DNA of 64,000 nucleotides from Eledone cirrhosa. Lineage: Eukaryota. This document shows positions 15,301 to 26,363 of the stretch, piece by piece. The notes under the pieces were generated by a model that searched no databases, was not told where the DNA came from, and worked only from the letters and a program-made list of their open reading frames with translations. The stretch covers positions 101,556,001 to 101,620,000 of the forward strand of contig OZ024744.1 of assembly GCA_964016885.1 (NCBI GenBank). Reading direction: 5' to 3'. Numbering within the stretch: position 1 is the first letter of the stretch; each line of letters starts with the position of its first letter. Made by a program: the position numbers and the translations under genes.

Positions 15301-17560
15301 TTTATTGCCTATAGTTAGTCTAATACTTTAATGTACATAGTTAGTCCAATACATTATAGTCTATAGTTAGTCTAACAATTTACTGTCTTATGATAGTCTG
15401 ACGCATTACAGTCTATAGTTAGTCGCACACATTACACTCTACAGTTAGTCTAAAACTTTACAGTCTAAATTTAGTCTAATACTCGATTGTCTATAGTTAG
15501 TCTAATAGTTTTCGGTCTATAGCTAGTCTAATATTTTACATCCTATAGTTAGTCTAATACTTTACTGTCTCTAGTTAATCTAACACTGGATGGATTGTAT
15601 TTAATCTAACACATTACAGACTATAGTTAGTCTAACACTTTACAGTCTATAGTTAGTCTAATATTTTTCAGTCTCTTGTTAGTCTAATACATTAATACAT
15701 TACTGTCTCTAGTTAGTCTAATACATTACAGTCTATACTTAGCGTAACACTTTACTGTCTATAGTTATTCTAATACTTTACTTACTATAGTTAGTGTAAT
15801 TCTTTAGTGCCTATAGTTAGTCTAATACTTTACAATCTATAGTTAATCTAATACTTTATTGCCTATAGTTAGTCTAATACTTTAATGTACATAGTTAGTC
15901 CAATACATTATAGTCTATAGTTAGTCTAACAATTTACTGTCTTATGATAGTCTGACGCATTACAGTCTATAGTTAGTCGAACACATTACACTCTACAGTT
16001 AGTCTAATACTTTACAGTCTATAGATAGTCTAATACTTTACCGTCTATAGTTAATCTAATATTTTACAGTCTATAATTTGTTTAATAATTTACTGTCTAT
16101 AGTTAGTCTAATACTTTACAGTCTACACTTAGTCTAATATTTTACGGTTTATAGTTAATCTAATACTTTAGTGTCTACAGTTAATCTAACACTTTACAGT
16201 CCAAATTTAGTCTAATACTTTACTGTCGATAGTTAGTCTAATACTTTACTGTCTATAATTAGTCTAATAATTTACTGTCTTTAGTTAGTCTAATACTTTA
16301 CTGTCTATAGTTAATCTAATACTTTATTGCCTATAGTTAGTCTAATACTTTAATGTACATAGTTAGTCCAGTACATTATAGTCTATAATTAGTCTAATAC
16401 TTTACAGTCTATAGTTAGTCTAACACTTTACAGTCTATAATTAGTCTAATACTTTACAGTCTACAGTTAGTCTAATACTTTACAGACTATAGTTAGTCTA
16501 ACACTTTACATTCTACAGTTAGTCTATTACTTTACATCCTATAGTTAGCCTAACACTTTAGTAACTATAGTTAGTCTAATACTTTACTGACTATAGTTAG
16601 TCTAATTCTTCAGTGCCTATAGTTATTCTAATACTTTAATGTACATAGTTAGTCCAATACATTATAGTCTATAGTTAGTCTAACAATTTACAGTCTATAG
16701 TTAGTCTAATAATTTACACTTTATAATTAGTCTAATACTTTACAGTCTTCAGTTATTCTACTACTTTACAGTCTATAGTTAGTCTAATATTTTACAGTCT
16801 GTAGATAGTGTAATACTTTACAGTCGATAGTTAGTCTAACACTTTACAGTCGATAGTTAGTCTAACATTTTACTATCAATTGTTAGTTTAATACTTTACT
16901 TTCTATAGTTAGTCTAACACATTACTGTCTATAGTTAGTCTACTACTTTACAGTCTATAGTTAGTCTAACACATTACTGTCTATAGTTAGTCTAACACTT
17001 TACAGTTTATAGATAGTCTAACACTTTACAGTCTAAACTTAGTCTAATACTCTACTGTCTATAGTTAGTCTAATGCTTTACAATCTATATTTAGACTAAT
17101 ACTTTACAGTTCATAGTTAGTCTAATACTTTACAGTCTATAGTTAGCCTAATACTTTACAGTCTATAGTTAGTCTAATATTTTACAGTCTACAGTTAGTT
17201 TAATACTTTACTTGTTATAGTTAGTCTAATATTTTACTGTCTATAGTTAGTCTAACACATTACTGTCTATAGTTAATCTAACACTTTACAGTCTATAGTT
17301 CGTCTAACACATTTGTGTCTATAGTTAGTCTAAAACTTTACAGTCTATAGTTAATCTAATACTGTATTGCCTATAGTTAGTCTAATACTTTAATGTACAT
17401 AGTTATTCCAATAGATTATATTCTATAGTTAGTCTAACAATTTACAGTTTATGATAGTCTAACGCATTACTGTCTATAGTTAATCGAACACTTTACACTC
17501 TATAGTTAGTCTAATACTTTACAGTTCATAATTAATCTAATACTTTACAGTCTATAGTTA
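12349..17560. repeat. Tandem 2606-bp duplication in satA (about 100 monomers x2), with nested ~0.5-kb related subunits also at ~11270-11750
   Basis: Landmarks recur at +2606: 12361/14967, 12781/15387 cttatgatag and 14881/17487. The variant tg(t/g)atgga(t/c)t recurs at ~11415, ~12487 and ~12981. Confidence 0.9.
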
Positions 17561-20500
17561 CTCTTATACTTTACAGTCTACAGTTAGTCTAATATTTCAC
17601 GGTTTATAGTTAGTCTAATACTTTAGTGTCTATAGTTAGTCGAACTCTTTACAGTCCAAATTTAGTCTAATACTTTACTGTCTATAATTAGTCTAATAAT
17701 TTACTGTCTTTAGTTAATCTAATACTTTATTGCCTATAGTTAGTCTAATACTTTAATGTACATAGTTAGTCCAATACATTATAGTCTATAGTTAGTCTAA
17801 CAATTTACAGTCTATAGTTACTCTAACACTTTACAGTTTATAGTTAGTCTAACACTTTACAGTCTATAATTAGTCTAATACTTTACATCCTATTGTTAGC
17901 CTAAAACTTTAGTCTCTATAGTTAGTCTAATACATTACTGACTATAGTTAGTCTAATTCTTTAGTGCCTATAGTTAGTCTAATACTTTACAGTCTATAGA
18001 TAATCTAATACTTTACTCTCTATAGTTAGTCTAATACTTTAATGTACATAGTTTGTCCACTACATTATGGTCTATAGTTAGTCTAACAATTTACAGTCTA
18101 TAGTTAGTCTAACACTTTACTGTCTATAGTTATTCTAATACTTTACAATCTATAGTTAGTCTAATACTTTACAGTCTATAGTTAGTATAATACCTTACTG
18201 TCTATAGTTAATCTAATACTTTATAGTCTATAGTTATTCCAATACGTTACAGTCTATAGTTAGTCTAATAATTTACTGTCTATAGTTAGTGTAATAATTT
18301 ACACTTCGTAATTAGTCTAATATTTTACAGTCTTCAGTTATTCTAATACTTTACAGTCTATAGTTAGTTTAATATTTTACAGTCTGTAGATAGTCTAATA
18401 CTTTACAGTCTATAGTTAATCTAATATTTTACAGTCTATAGTTAGTCTAACACTTTACTGTTTATACTTAGTCTAATACTTTACAGTCTATAGTTAGTCT
18501 TTTACTTTACCATCTATAGTTAGTCTAATACTTTAATGTACATAGTTAGTCCAATACATTACAGTCTATAGCTAGTCTAACACTTTACAGTCTATAGTTA
18601 GTCTAACACATTAACGTCTATAGTAAGTCTAACACTTTAATGTCTAGAGTTAATCTTATACTTTACAGTCTATAGTTAGTCTAATACTTTACAGTATATA
18701 GTTAATCTAATACATTACAATCTATATATAGTCTAATGATTTAAGGTACATAGTTAGTCTAATAAATTACAGTCTTTAGTTAGTCTAACACTTTACTGTC
18801 TATAGTTAGTCTAATATTTTACTGTGTATAGTTAGTCTAATACTTTACAATCTATAGTTAGTCTAATACTTTACAGTCTATAGTTAGTCTAATACCTATC
18901 ATTTTATAGTTATTCGAATATTTTAGTGTACATAATTAGTCTAATACATCACAGTCTATAGTTTGTATAACACTTTACTGTATATAGTTAGTCTAATACT
19001 TTACAGTCTATAGTTAGTCTAATACTTTACAGTCTATAGTTAGTCTAATACTTTAATGTACATAGTTAGTCCAATACATTACAGTCTATAGTTAGTCTAA
19101 CTCTTTACAGTCTATACTTAGTCTAATACTTTACTGTCTATAGTTTATGTTATACTTTACTGTCTATAGTTAATCTAATACTTTAATGTCTATAGATAGT
19201 CTAATACTTTACAGACTATAGTTAGTCTAACACTTTACTGTCTATAGTTAATCTAATATGTTAAGTCTATAGTTAGTCTAATAATTTACAATCTATAGTT
19301 ATCCCAAAACTTTACAGTATATAGTTAGTCTAACACTTTACTGTCTATAGTTAGTCTAATACTTCACAGTCTATAGTTAGTCCAACACTTTACTGTCTAT
19401 AGTTAGTCTAATACTTTACATTCTCTAGTTAGTCTAATACTTTACAGTTTATTGTAGTCAAATACTTTACAATCTATACTTAGTGTAATAGTTTACAGTC
19501 TATGGTTAGTCTAATACTTTACAATCTATCGTTAGTCTAATACTTTCCTCTCTATAGTTAGACTATTACTTCACTGTCTATAGTTATTCGAATACTTTAC
19601 TGTCTGTAGTTAGTCTAATATTTACATTCTATAGTTAGTCTAATACTTTACTGTCTATAGTTAATCTAATACTTTAAGTCTATCGTTAGTCAAATACTTT
19701 AGAGTCTATAGTTAGTCTAACACATTGCTGTCTATAGTTAATCTAATACTTTACGGTCTATAGGTAGTCTAATACTTTACAGTGCATAGTTAGTCAAATA
19801 CTTTACTGTCTATAGCTAGAGTAATACTTTACTATCTATAGTTAGCCTAATACTTTACTTTCCACAGTTAGTCTAATACTTTACAGTCTATAGTTAGCGT
19901 AATACTTTACAGTCTTTAGTTAGTCTAATAATTTACAGTCTATAATTAGTCTAACACTTTACTGTCTATAGTTAGTCTAACACTTTACAGTCTATAGTTA
20001 TTCTAACACTTACTGTCTATAGTTAGTCTAACACTTTACAGTCTAAACTTAGTCTAATATTTTACTGTCGATAGTTAATCTAATAGTTTACTGTCTATAA
20101 CTAGTCTAATACTTTACGGACTGTAGTTTAGTATAATACTTTACTGTCTATAGTTTATGTAATACTTTACTGTCTATAATTAATCTAATACTTTAATGTC
20201 TATAGTTAGTCTAATACTTTAGATTCTATAGTTAGTCTAATACTTTACTTTCTACAGTTAGTCTAATACTTTACTGTCTATAGTTAGTCTAATACTTTAC
20301 AGTCTATAGTTAGTCTAACACTTTACTGTCTATAGTTAATCTAATATTTTAAGTCTATAGTTAGTCTAATATTTTACAGTCTATAGTTAGTTCAATAGTT
20401 TACTGTCTATAGTTAGTATAATACTTTACCGTCTATAGTTAGCCTAACACTTTACAGTCTATAGTTTTGTCTAATACTTTACTGTCTATAGTTATTCTAA

Positions 20501-21231
20501 TACTTTACAGTCTATAGTTAGTCTAATACTTTACAGTCTATAGTTAGTCTAATACTTTAATGTACTTAGTTAGTCCAATACATTACAGTCTATAGTTAGT
20601 CTAACACTTTACAGTCTATAGTTAGTCTAACACATTAACCTCTATAGTAAGTCTAACACTTTACTCTCTAGAGTTAATCTCATACTTTACAGTCTATAGT
20701 GAGTCTAATACTTTTCTGTCTATAGCTCGTCTAATACTTTACTGTCTATAGTTAGTTTAATACTTTACAGTCTATAGTTAGTCTAATCCTTCACTGTCTA
20801 TAGTTAGTCTAATACTTTACTGTTTTATAGTTAGTCTAATATTTTACAGTCTGCCACTGGTCTAATTTCACTATTCTCCTTTTACTTTGCTCCACTTTTC
20901 AAATTAAGTGACACGACGGTTCAATTATATTCAAATATTGTATGCACGTCCATTGAGAATATCGTCTATGACAAACTGCTCAGTTGCTCGCATGTGTGAG
21001 TGCCTAACTCTTGGTCTTTCCGCTGGGAACAGCCCTTAGTCCCCCCCCCCCTTTTATGTACATCCATCCATTCACTCATTCATTTACTGCCATTCTACCT
21101 TCCTGTGTCTCCCCCTCCATGCAGCCTCTTTTCGCTCTCGTTTTCTGGCACCCCCATATATATAGGTGAGCTCTGCTGCCCTCTTACCAACACTTTCCCT
21201 TCCACCCACACACACGAGCCACCCACCCCTG

Positions 21232-24231
21232 ATGCCTCGCCGTGCCCCTTTCTCCGGCCCCACGCCCCATCCCCCACCCCTCCAAATCGAGACCTGCACC
21301 ACTTGCAGCACCTCTAACAAACGGAAGAGGGGCCGGAACTGTTTGGGGTACGGCTGCTTCCACCACCTCACCTGCGTTGGCTTGACTCGTCGAGCTTCCA
21401 ATTCCTTCGCAGCTTGGAGGTGCAGGAGCTGCCTCTTCCCCACGTCTTCCCAGCCATGGCCGTCTGGCACACCACCAGATGGGACAGCGAGCTTGCCTGA
21501 CGCCCGAGCCTAGCTGGTCAACATCGCTCGGCTCAGGCGGCTCCGGAAGATCCCACTCAGGATCCCGAGAGCGGCATGGGTGCCGGTAGCCGATGCCCTC
21601 GCTTCCTCAATTGAGAGCGCCCTGGACTCCAATCGAGCCAGTGACTGGGAGCGGCTGTTCTATTTCGCCCCACTCGCCCTCGGCCTCCCCAGCTCTGGCG
21701 CTGACCGGGGCGGCCGGTCAACAGCAGCCTTCGTCAAGGCCAATGTCTCGTCATTTGGGCGAGCGCCCATTCCAAGCGTGCCAAGAGATTCCACACGCGC
21801 CACCCTCAGGTACACCCTATCCTCAACCCCCGAGGCCAGCGCCAACCGTCTGCGTGGCCAGGTAAACGCAAAGCTTTTCATGAGTGATGTCTCGGCCGCA
21901 GTCAGAGTTGTTGCCTCAGAGGACACTGTCCTCCAACCCACCGAGGAGATCCTGGCTGCTCTGCGGTTCAAACAGCCTGAGCCACACACTGATCTCAGAT
22001 CTATACCCCCACCCGACCCCACCTGCTCCTTGTGACTACTGATGCAGATATCATGTCCGCCATCAGGTCCTTCCCAGCTAGCAGCTGCGGAGATGTTGAT
22101 GGTCTCCGACCAGGCCACCTCAAGGAGTTGACATCCCCCCCTCTCCGCTGAAGCCGGGCACCGCCTTCTGAGTGCAATTGTGGCGCTCACTTACCCCCGA
22201 GGCCTCTTTTTTTCGGCCAGCCTCACCGCTCTCAGGAAGAAAGAGGGTTGCACACGCCCCATTGCTGTTGGCAATGTCTTCCGGAGGCTGGCTGCCAAGG
22301 TGATCTGTAAGTCCGTCACACACGAATTGGGTGAGGAGTTTAGTCCGGTGCAACGGGATGTCGGCGTGTCCGGTGGCTGTGAGGGAGCCTCTCATGCAAT
22401 CAGGCAGTTCTTCAGCAGCTGCCCATCGGTACCGGCATCCAGGGACTCCAGGCACCTCATTGTCAAGCTTGACATGAGGAATGCCTTTAACTCTTTACAG
22501 CGGGATCATCTGCTCTAGGCCTGCCTCAGCCGAGCCCCCTCTGCCTACCCGCTGGCCTACCTGTCATATGGAGCCCCGAGCATGCTCCTAGCTGCTGATA
22601 CGGTCATACCCTCGGCTACTGGGGTCCAACATGGCGACCCTTTGGGACCCCTCCTGTCGCCCTTGGTATTGACTACATCGCCCGGAGTATCACGGCCCCT
22701 CTCAACGTTTGGTATCTGGATGATGCTACGTTGGGCGGGCACGTACGGACGGTCTGCCAAGACCTTCAATCGGTGATTCCTGCCCTGGCGGGAATCGGCC
22801 TCCAGGTCAACTCGGCTAAGGTGGTGAACGTCAGCCTCGATGCTGCGAGCTTTGCAGCCTCCGTCTTAGACGTGTGGTCCATTCTCCGCCAGGTTCAGGT
22901 GACCCACTCCAAAAAGGATGTCCTCATCCTCGAGTCACCGATCCACCCGCCGGCCATCCGCTCCACCATCAGGTCCAGGCTTCAACAGCTCCAGACTCAC
23001 ACGAGCCGACTGGGCTTGATTGACGGCCACCCAGATCTCTTTCTGCTGAAGAACTGCTTCGCCATGCCGAAGCTCCTCTATACACTCCGCAGCGCTCCAT
23101 GCTACACCCAGACATCTCTCCTCGCTGACCTCGATACTTGTATCCGAGCAGCAGCCGAGAGGATATGTAACGTCAAGTTTGACGACATAGGGTGGCAACA
23201 GGCCACTTTACCGGTCAAGTATGGCGGCCTAGGCCTCCGGTCCCCGATCTCACTGGCTTTTCCAGCGTATCTTTCGTCGGTAACCTCGTGCCGCGTCCTC
23301 GTCAGCAGGGTTCTTCAAAACACAACAGAACCCTCTGTGTTCAGAGAACGTGAGGCCACCTGTGAGACGTGGGACCGGCTGGGACTTAGCCCAGTAGACG
23401 TCCCTCCTCCTTCTCCCCCTGTAGACGTCAAGTTCCCCAACGCACTTGGGATGCCATCCAGTGCAGCCTGGCCTCAGACAGGCTCACGCGCCAGCTCGAC
23501 CAGCACCGCCTTGCTTGTTTTCGTGCGGCCTCCAAACTCCACAGTGGTGCCTGGCTCCATGCCCTGCCCTTCTTCTCCACTGGCACGCAGCTAGACAACC
23601 ATAGCCTGCGAATCAGCGTTTCCCTGAGGCTCGTCCTCCGGATCTGCCAGCCACACCAATGTCGCTGTGGATCCACCGTGGACTCTTTCGGCCGCCACCC
23701 GCTTTCCTGTCACCACAGTGCCGGCCGCATTCCACGCCATGCTGCCCTCAACGAGGTCATTAAGCATGGCTTGGACGCTGCAGGCTTCCCTTCCCAGCTC
23801 GAGCCGGTGGGGCTGGATCGAGGGGACAGCAAAAGGCCAGATGGCATGACCATCTTCCTGTTCCGCGGTGGCAAACCCCTCGTCTGGGATGCCACTTTCA
23901 CAGACACTTTCTGCAGCCGCAACCTGGTGCAGTCTGCGACTGACCCAGGTTCTGCTGCACGTCGGGTTGAGGGGGCCAAAATTCTCTAATACTGGTCGCT
24001 CTCCGACAAGTTTGCGGTCGTACCCCTGGCAGTGGAGACTTCTGGTGTCCTCGGCCCCATGGCTACCTCCTTACTCACCACCATAGGCGCTGAGCTGGTC
24101 AGCCGCAGGTGTGAGCCCCGCGAGTTGGAGTGGCTTTTCCAGCGCGTCTCCCTTGCCGTCCTCCGGGAAACGCCTTCTCCATTCTGTCCGCCGGGGCTGT
24201 GGGTGGGCCCCATCGCGTACCAATACATTAG
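21232..24231 (+). pseudogene. Single long ORF of the retrotransposon (PHD finger - reverse transcriptase - CCHC - restriction-like endonuclease), broken by stops and frameshifts
   Basis: In-frame ATG at 21232. Premature stops at 21511 (TAG), 22516 (TAG) and 23987 (TAA). Frameshifts near ~22020, ~22140, ~22655, ~23400-23430 and ~24165. Track ORFs 21166, 21580, 22180, 22582, 22731, 23678 and 24032 are pieces of this one ORF. Confidence 0.85.
21295..21432 (+). other. PHD-finger-like C4HC3 motif at the N-terminus of the retrotransposon ORF
   Basis: CTTC-x11-CLG[Y]-x4-HLTC-x13-WRCRSC. The fourth Cys is TAC, one change from TGC, and the W two residues before the last CxxC is typical of PHD fingers. 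Confidence 0.75.
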
Positions 24232-24270
24232 TTAAATACCATTCTTTCATCTGATACAGCAATAAGATTT

Positions 24271-25009
24271 GTTAGTCTAATACATTACAGTCTATAGTTA
24301 GTCCAACACTTTACTGTCTATAGTTTGTCTAACACTTTACTGTCTATAGTTAGTCTAATACATTGCAGTCTATAGTAAGTCTAACAATTTACAGGTTATA
24401 GTTAGTCTAACACTTTACAGTCTATAGTTAGTATAACACTTTACAGTCTATAGTTAGTCTAATACTTTACCCTCTATAGTTAGTCTAATACTTTAATGTA
24501 CATAGTTAGTCTAATACATTACAGTCTATAGTTAGTATACCACTTTACAGTCTATAGTTAGTCTAACACTTTACAGTCTATAATTAATCTAATACTTTAC
24601 AGTCTATAGATAGTCTAATAATTTACTGTCTATAGTTCGTCTAATACTTTACTGTCTAATACTTTACTGTCTATAGTTAATCTAATATTTTAAGTATATA
24701 GTTAGTCTAATAATTTACAGTCTATAATTAGTCTAATACTTTACTGTCTATAGTTAGTCTAATACTTTACAGTCTATAGTTAGTCTAACACTTTACTGGC
24801 TATAGTCAGTCTAATACTTTACTGTCTATAGTTAGTCTAATACTTTACAGTCTATAGTGAGTCTAATACTTTACAGTTTATAGTTAGTCTAACACTTTAC
24901 TGTCTATAGATAGTCTAATACTTTACTGTCTATAGTTAGTCTAATACTTTAGTGTCTATAGTTAGTCTAATACTTTACAGTCTATAGTTAGTCTAATACT
25001 TTACTGTCT
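24271..25009. repeat. Satellite A, distal block after the retrotransposon
   Basis: Same 26-bp monomer and orientation. It joins satB through a shared GTCT at 25006-25009. Confidence 0.95.
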
Positions 25010-25263
25010 TATGAGAAGCTAAATATTATGGGCTTATGAGAAGCTAAGTATTATGGGCTTATGACAAGCTAAATATGGCCTTATGAGATGCTAACTATGG
25101 TCTTATGAGAAGATAAATATTGTGGTCTTATGAGAAGATAAATATGTTTTTTATGAGAAGCTAAATATGCTCTTATGAAAACTTAAATACTTATGAGAAG
25201 TTAAATATTATGGTCTAAAGAGAAACTGAATAAGGTCTTATGAGAAGTAATATACTAAGGTCT

Positions 25264-25642
25264 TATAACAAAATACTGGGTTGTCTAAGTATAACATGAG
25301 ACGTGGTTTGTGTGTATAATATTTAATCAACAATTTGTGGATATATAGAACAGTATAGTTGACATGTCAATGAATAGATGAAAGAATGAAGCAAAGTTAT
25401 TAGTTACCGTTTTGGTTGCCAGGCGAACGCGCCTGGCCGAAGACGGCTGGCCGTAGGCCAGGAGCCGAAAAGGCAAAAGATGGAGAGGGAGCTGAAAGTT
25501 ATTCGTTTTATAGGGTTCTGCCGGAAGTGATAAAAAGGGTTCTATCACCCCAACGGGAAGCAACTCCAGCTACTTCCTGTCTAGAGAGCGTTACTCTATT
25601 GGTGATGTGAGTGTCACAACAAGGGAGGCAACTCCTGCTACA
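25264..25642 (-). mobile_element. Probable solo LTR (379 bp), Gypsy-like, with 4-bp TSD GTCT
   Basis: Minus-strand termini are TGTAGCA...TGTTATA (a degenerate TG..CA inverted repeat), with GTCT at 25260-25263 and 25643-25646. Removing it restores ggtcttatgagaag. Minus-strand TATAAAA (25506-25512) and ATTAAA (25322-25327) lie in U3-R-U5 order. Confidence 0.72.
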
Positions 25643-26190
25643 GTCTTATGAGAAGCTAAATAAGGTCTTATGAGAAGCTAAATATGGTTTTATAAGAAGC
25701 TAAATATTGTCTTATGAGGAGCAAAATATTATGGCCTAATGAGAAGGTAAGTATGGATTTACGAGAAGCTAAGTATGGACTTATGAGAACTTAATATAGT
25801 CTAATGAGAAGCTAAATCTGATCTTATGAGAAGTTAAATATTATGGTCTTATGAGAAGCTAAATATGGTCTGAGAAGTTAAATGTGGTCTCATGAGAAGC
25901 TGAATAATATGGTCTTATGAGAAGCTAAATACAGTGTTCTTATGAGAAGCTAAATATGGTCTTATGAGAAGTTAAATCCAACCTTACGAGAAACTAAACA
26001 TTATGGTCTCAGAAGCTAAATATTATGCCTGTATGAGAAGTTAAATATGGTCTTATGTGAAGTTAAAAATTATAGTCTTATGAGAAGTTAAAAATGATGG
26101 TCTTATGAGAAGTTAAACATTATTGTCTTATGAGAAGCTAATTATAGTCTTATGTAGAACTAAATATGGTTTTATTGGAAGCTAGATAAT

Positions 26191-26363
26191 TGTTTCTATT
26201 TTGGGAACAAGGCCAGCAATTACCCAGTACATTACTGGTACTTTATTATTTCGACCCCGTAAGGATAAAAGGCAAAGTAAACCTCGGCAGGATTTGAACT
26301 CAGATCATAAAGGGACGTAACTCTATGCTTCAAAGCATGGTGTCTGACACTCTACCGATACTG
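26191..26363 (-). mobile_element. tRNA-derived SINE, slightly 5'-truncated, with Meta-SINE-like central domain
   Basis: Minus strand shows cagtatcggtagag (A-box remnant), gttcaaatcc (B box), ...ttgccttttatccttacggggtcgaaataataaagtaccag... and an aaacaat tail. It is absent from the paralogous site at ~32304. Confidence 0.78.

Larger units (their letters stand above)
1..20852. repeat. Satellite A array, 26-bp monomer GTCTATAGTTAGTCTAATACTTTACA (about 800 diverged copies), probably continuing beyond the window start
   Basis: Monomer read directly throughout, with common variants ...actttactgtc..., ...aacacttt... and ...cattac.... It consists of 11+15 bp GTCTA-headed subunits and contains the dyads TTAG-T-CTAA and CTATAG. 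The ORF track shows no ORFs here. Confidence 0.97.
20853..24270 (+). mobile_element. CRE-clade (RLE-type) non-LTR retrotransposon, near full length and disabled, inserted in satA
   Basis: GC-rich island flanked by satA. Reconstructed motifs across frames: RIPRAA, AIRSFP..DGLRPGHLK, LTALRKKEG..RPIAVGNVFRRLAAK, VKLDMRNAFN, GVQHGDPLGPLL, WYLDD (22710-22724), QATLPVKYGGLG, the CRC..H...C knuckle, RHAALN, KRPDG (23831-23845), VWDAT, VETSG and WLFQRVSLAVLR(G)NA. Clade assigned from recalled CRE-family motifs. Confidence 0.88.

Noticed and set aside
24220-24230. ccaatacatta in the retrotransposon 3' end matching a satA variant
   Set aside because: It is only 11 AT-rich bp and overlaps the ORF end, so it cannot be distinguished from chance.
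21000-24262. Antisense and alternative-frame ORFs over the GC-rich island
   Set aside because: They are shadow ORFs of the GC-rich retrotransposon coding sequence and carry no independent motifs.
25327-25610. Short ORFs 25327-25563 and 25416-25610
   Set aside because: They lie within the putative solo LTR, have non-ATG starts and show no protein motifs.
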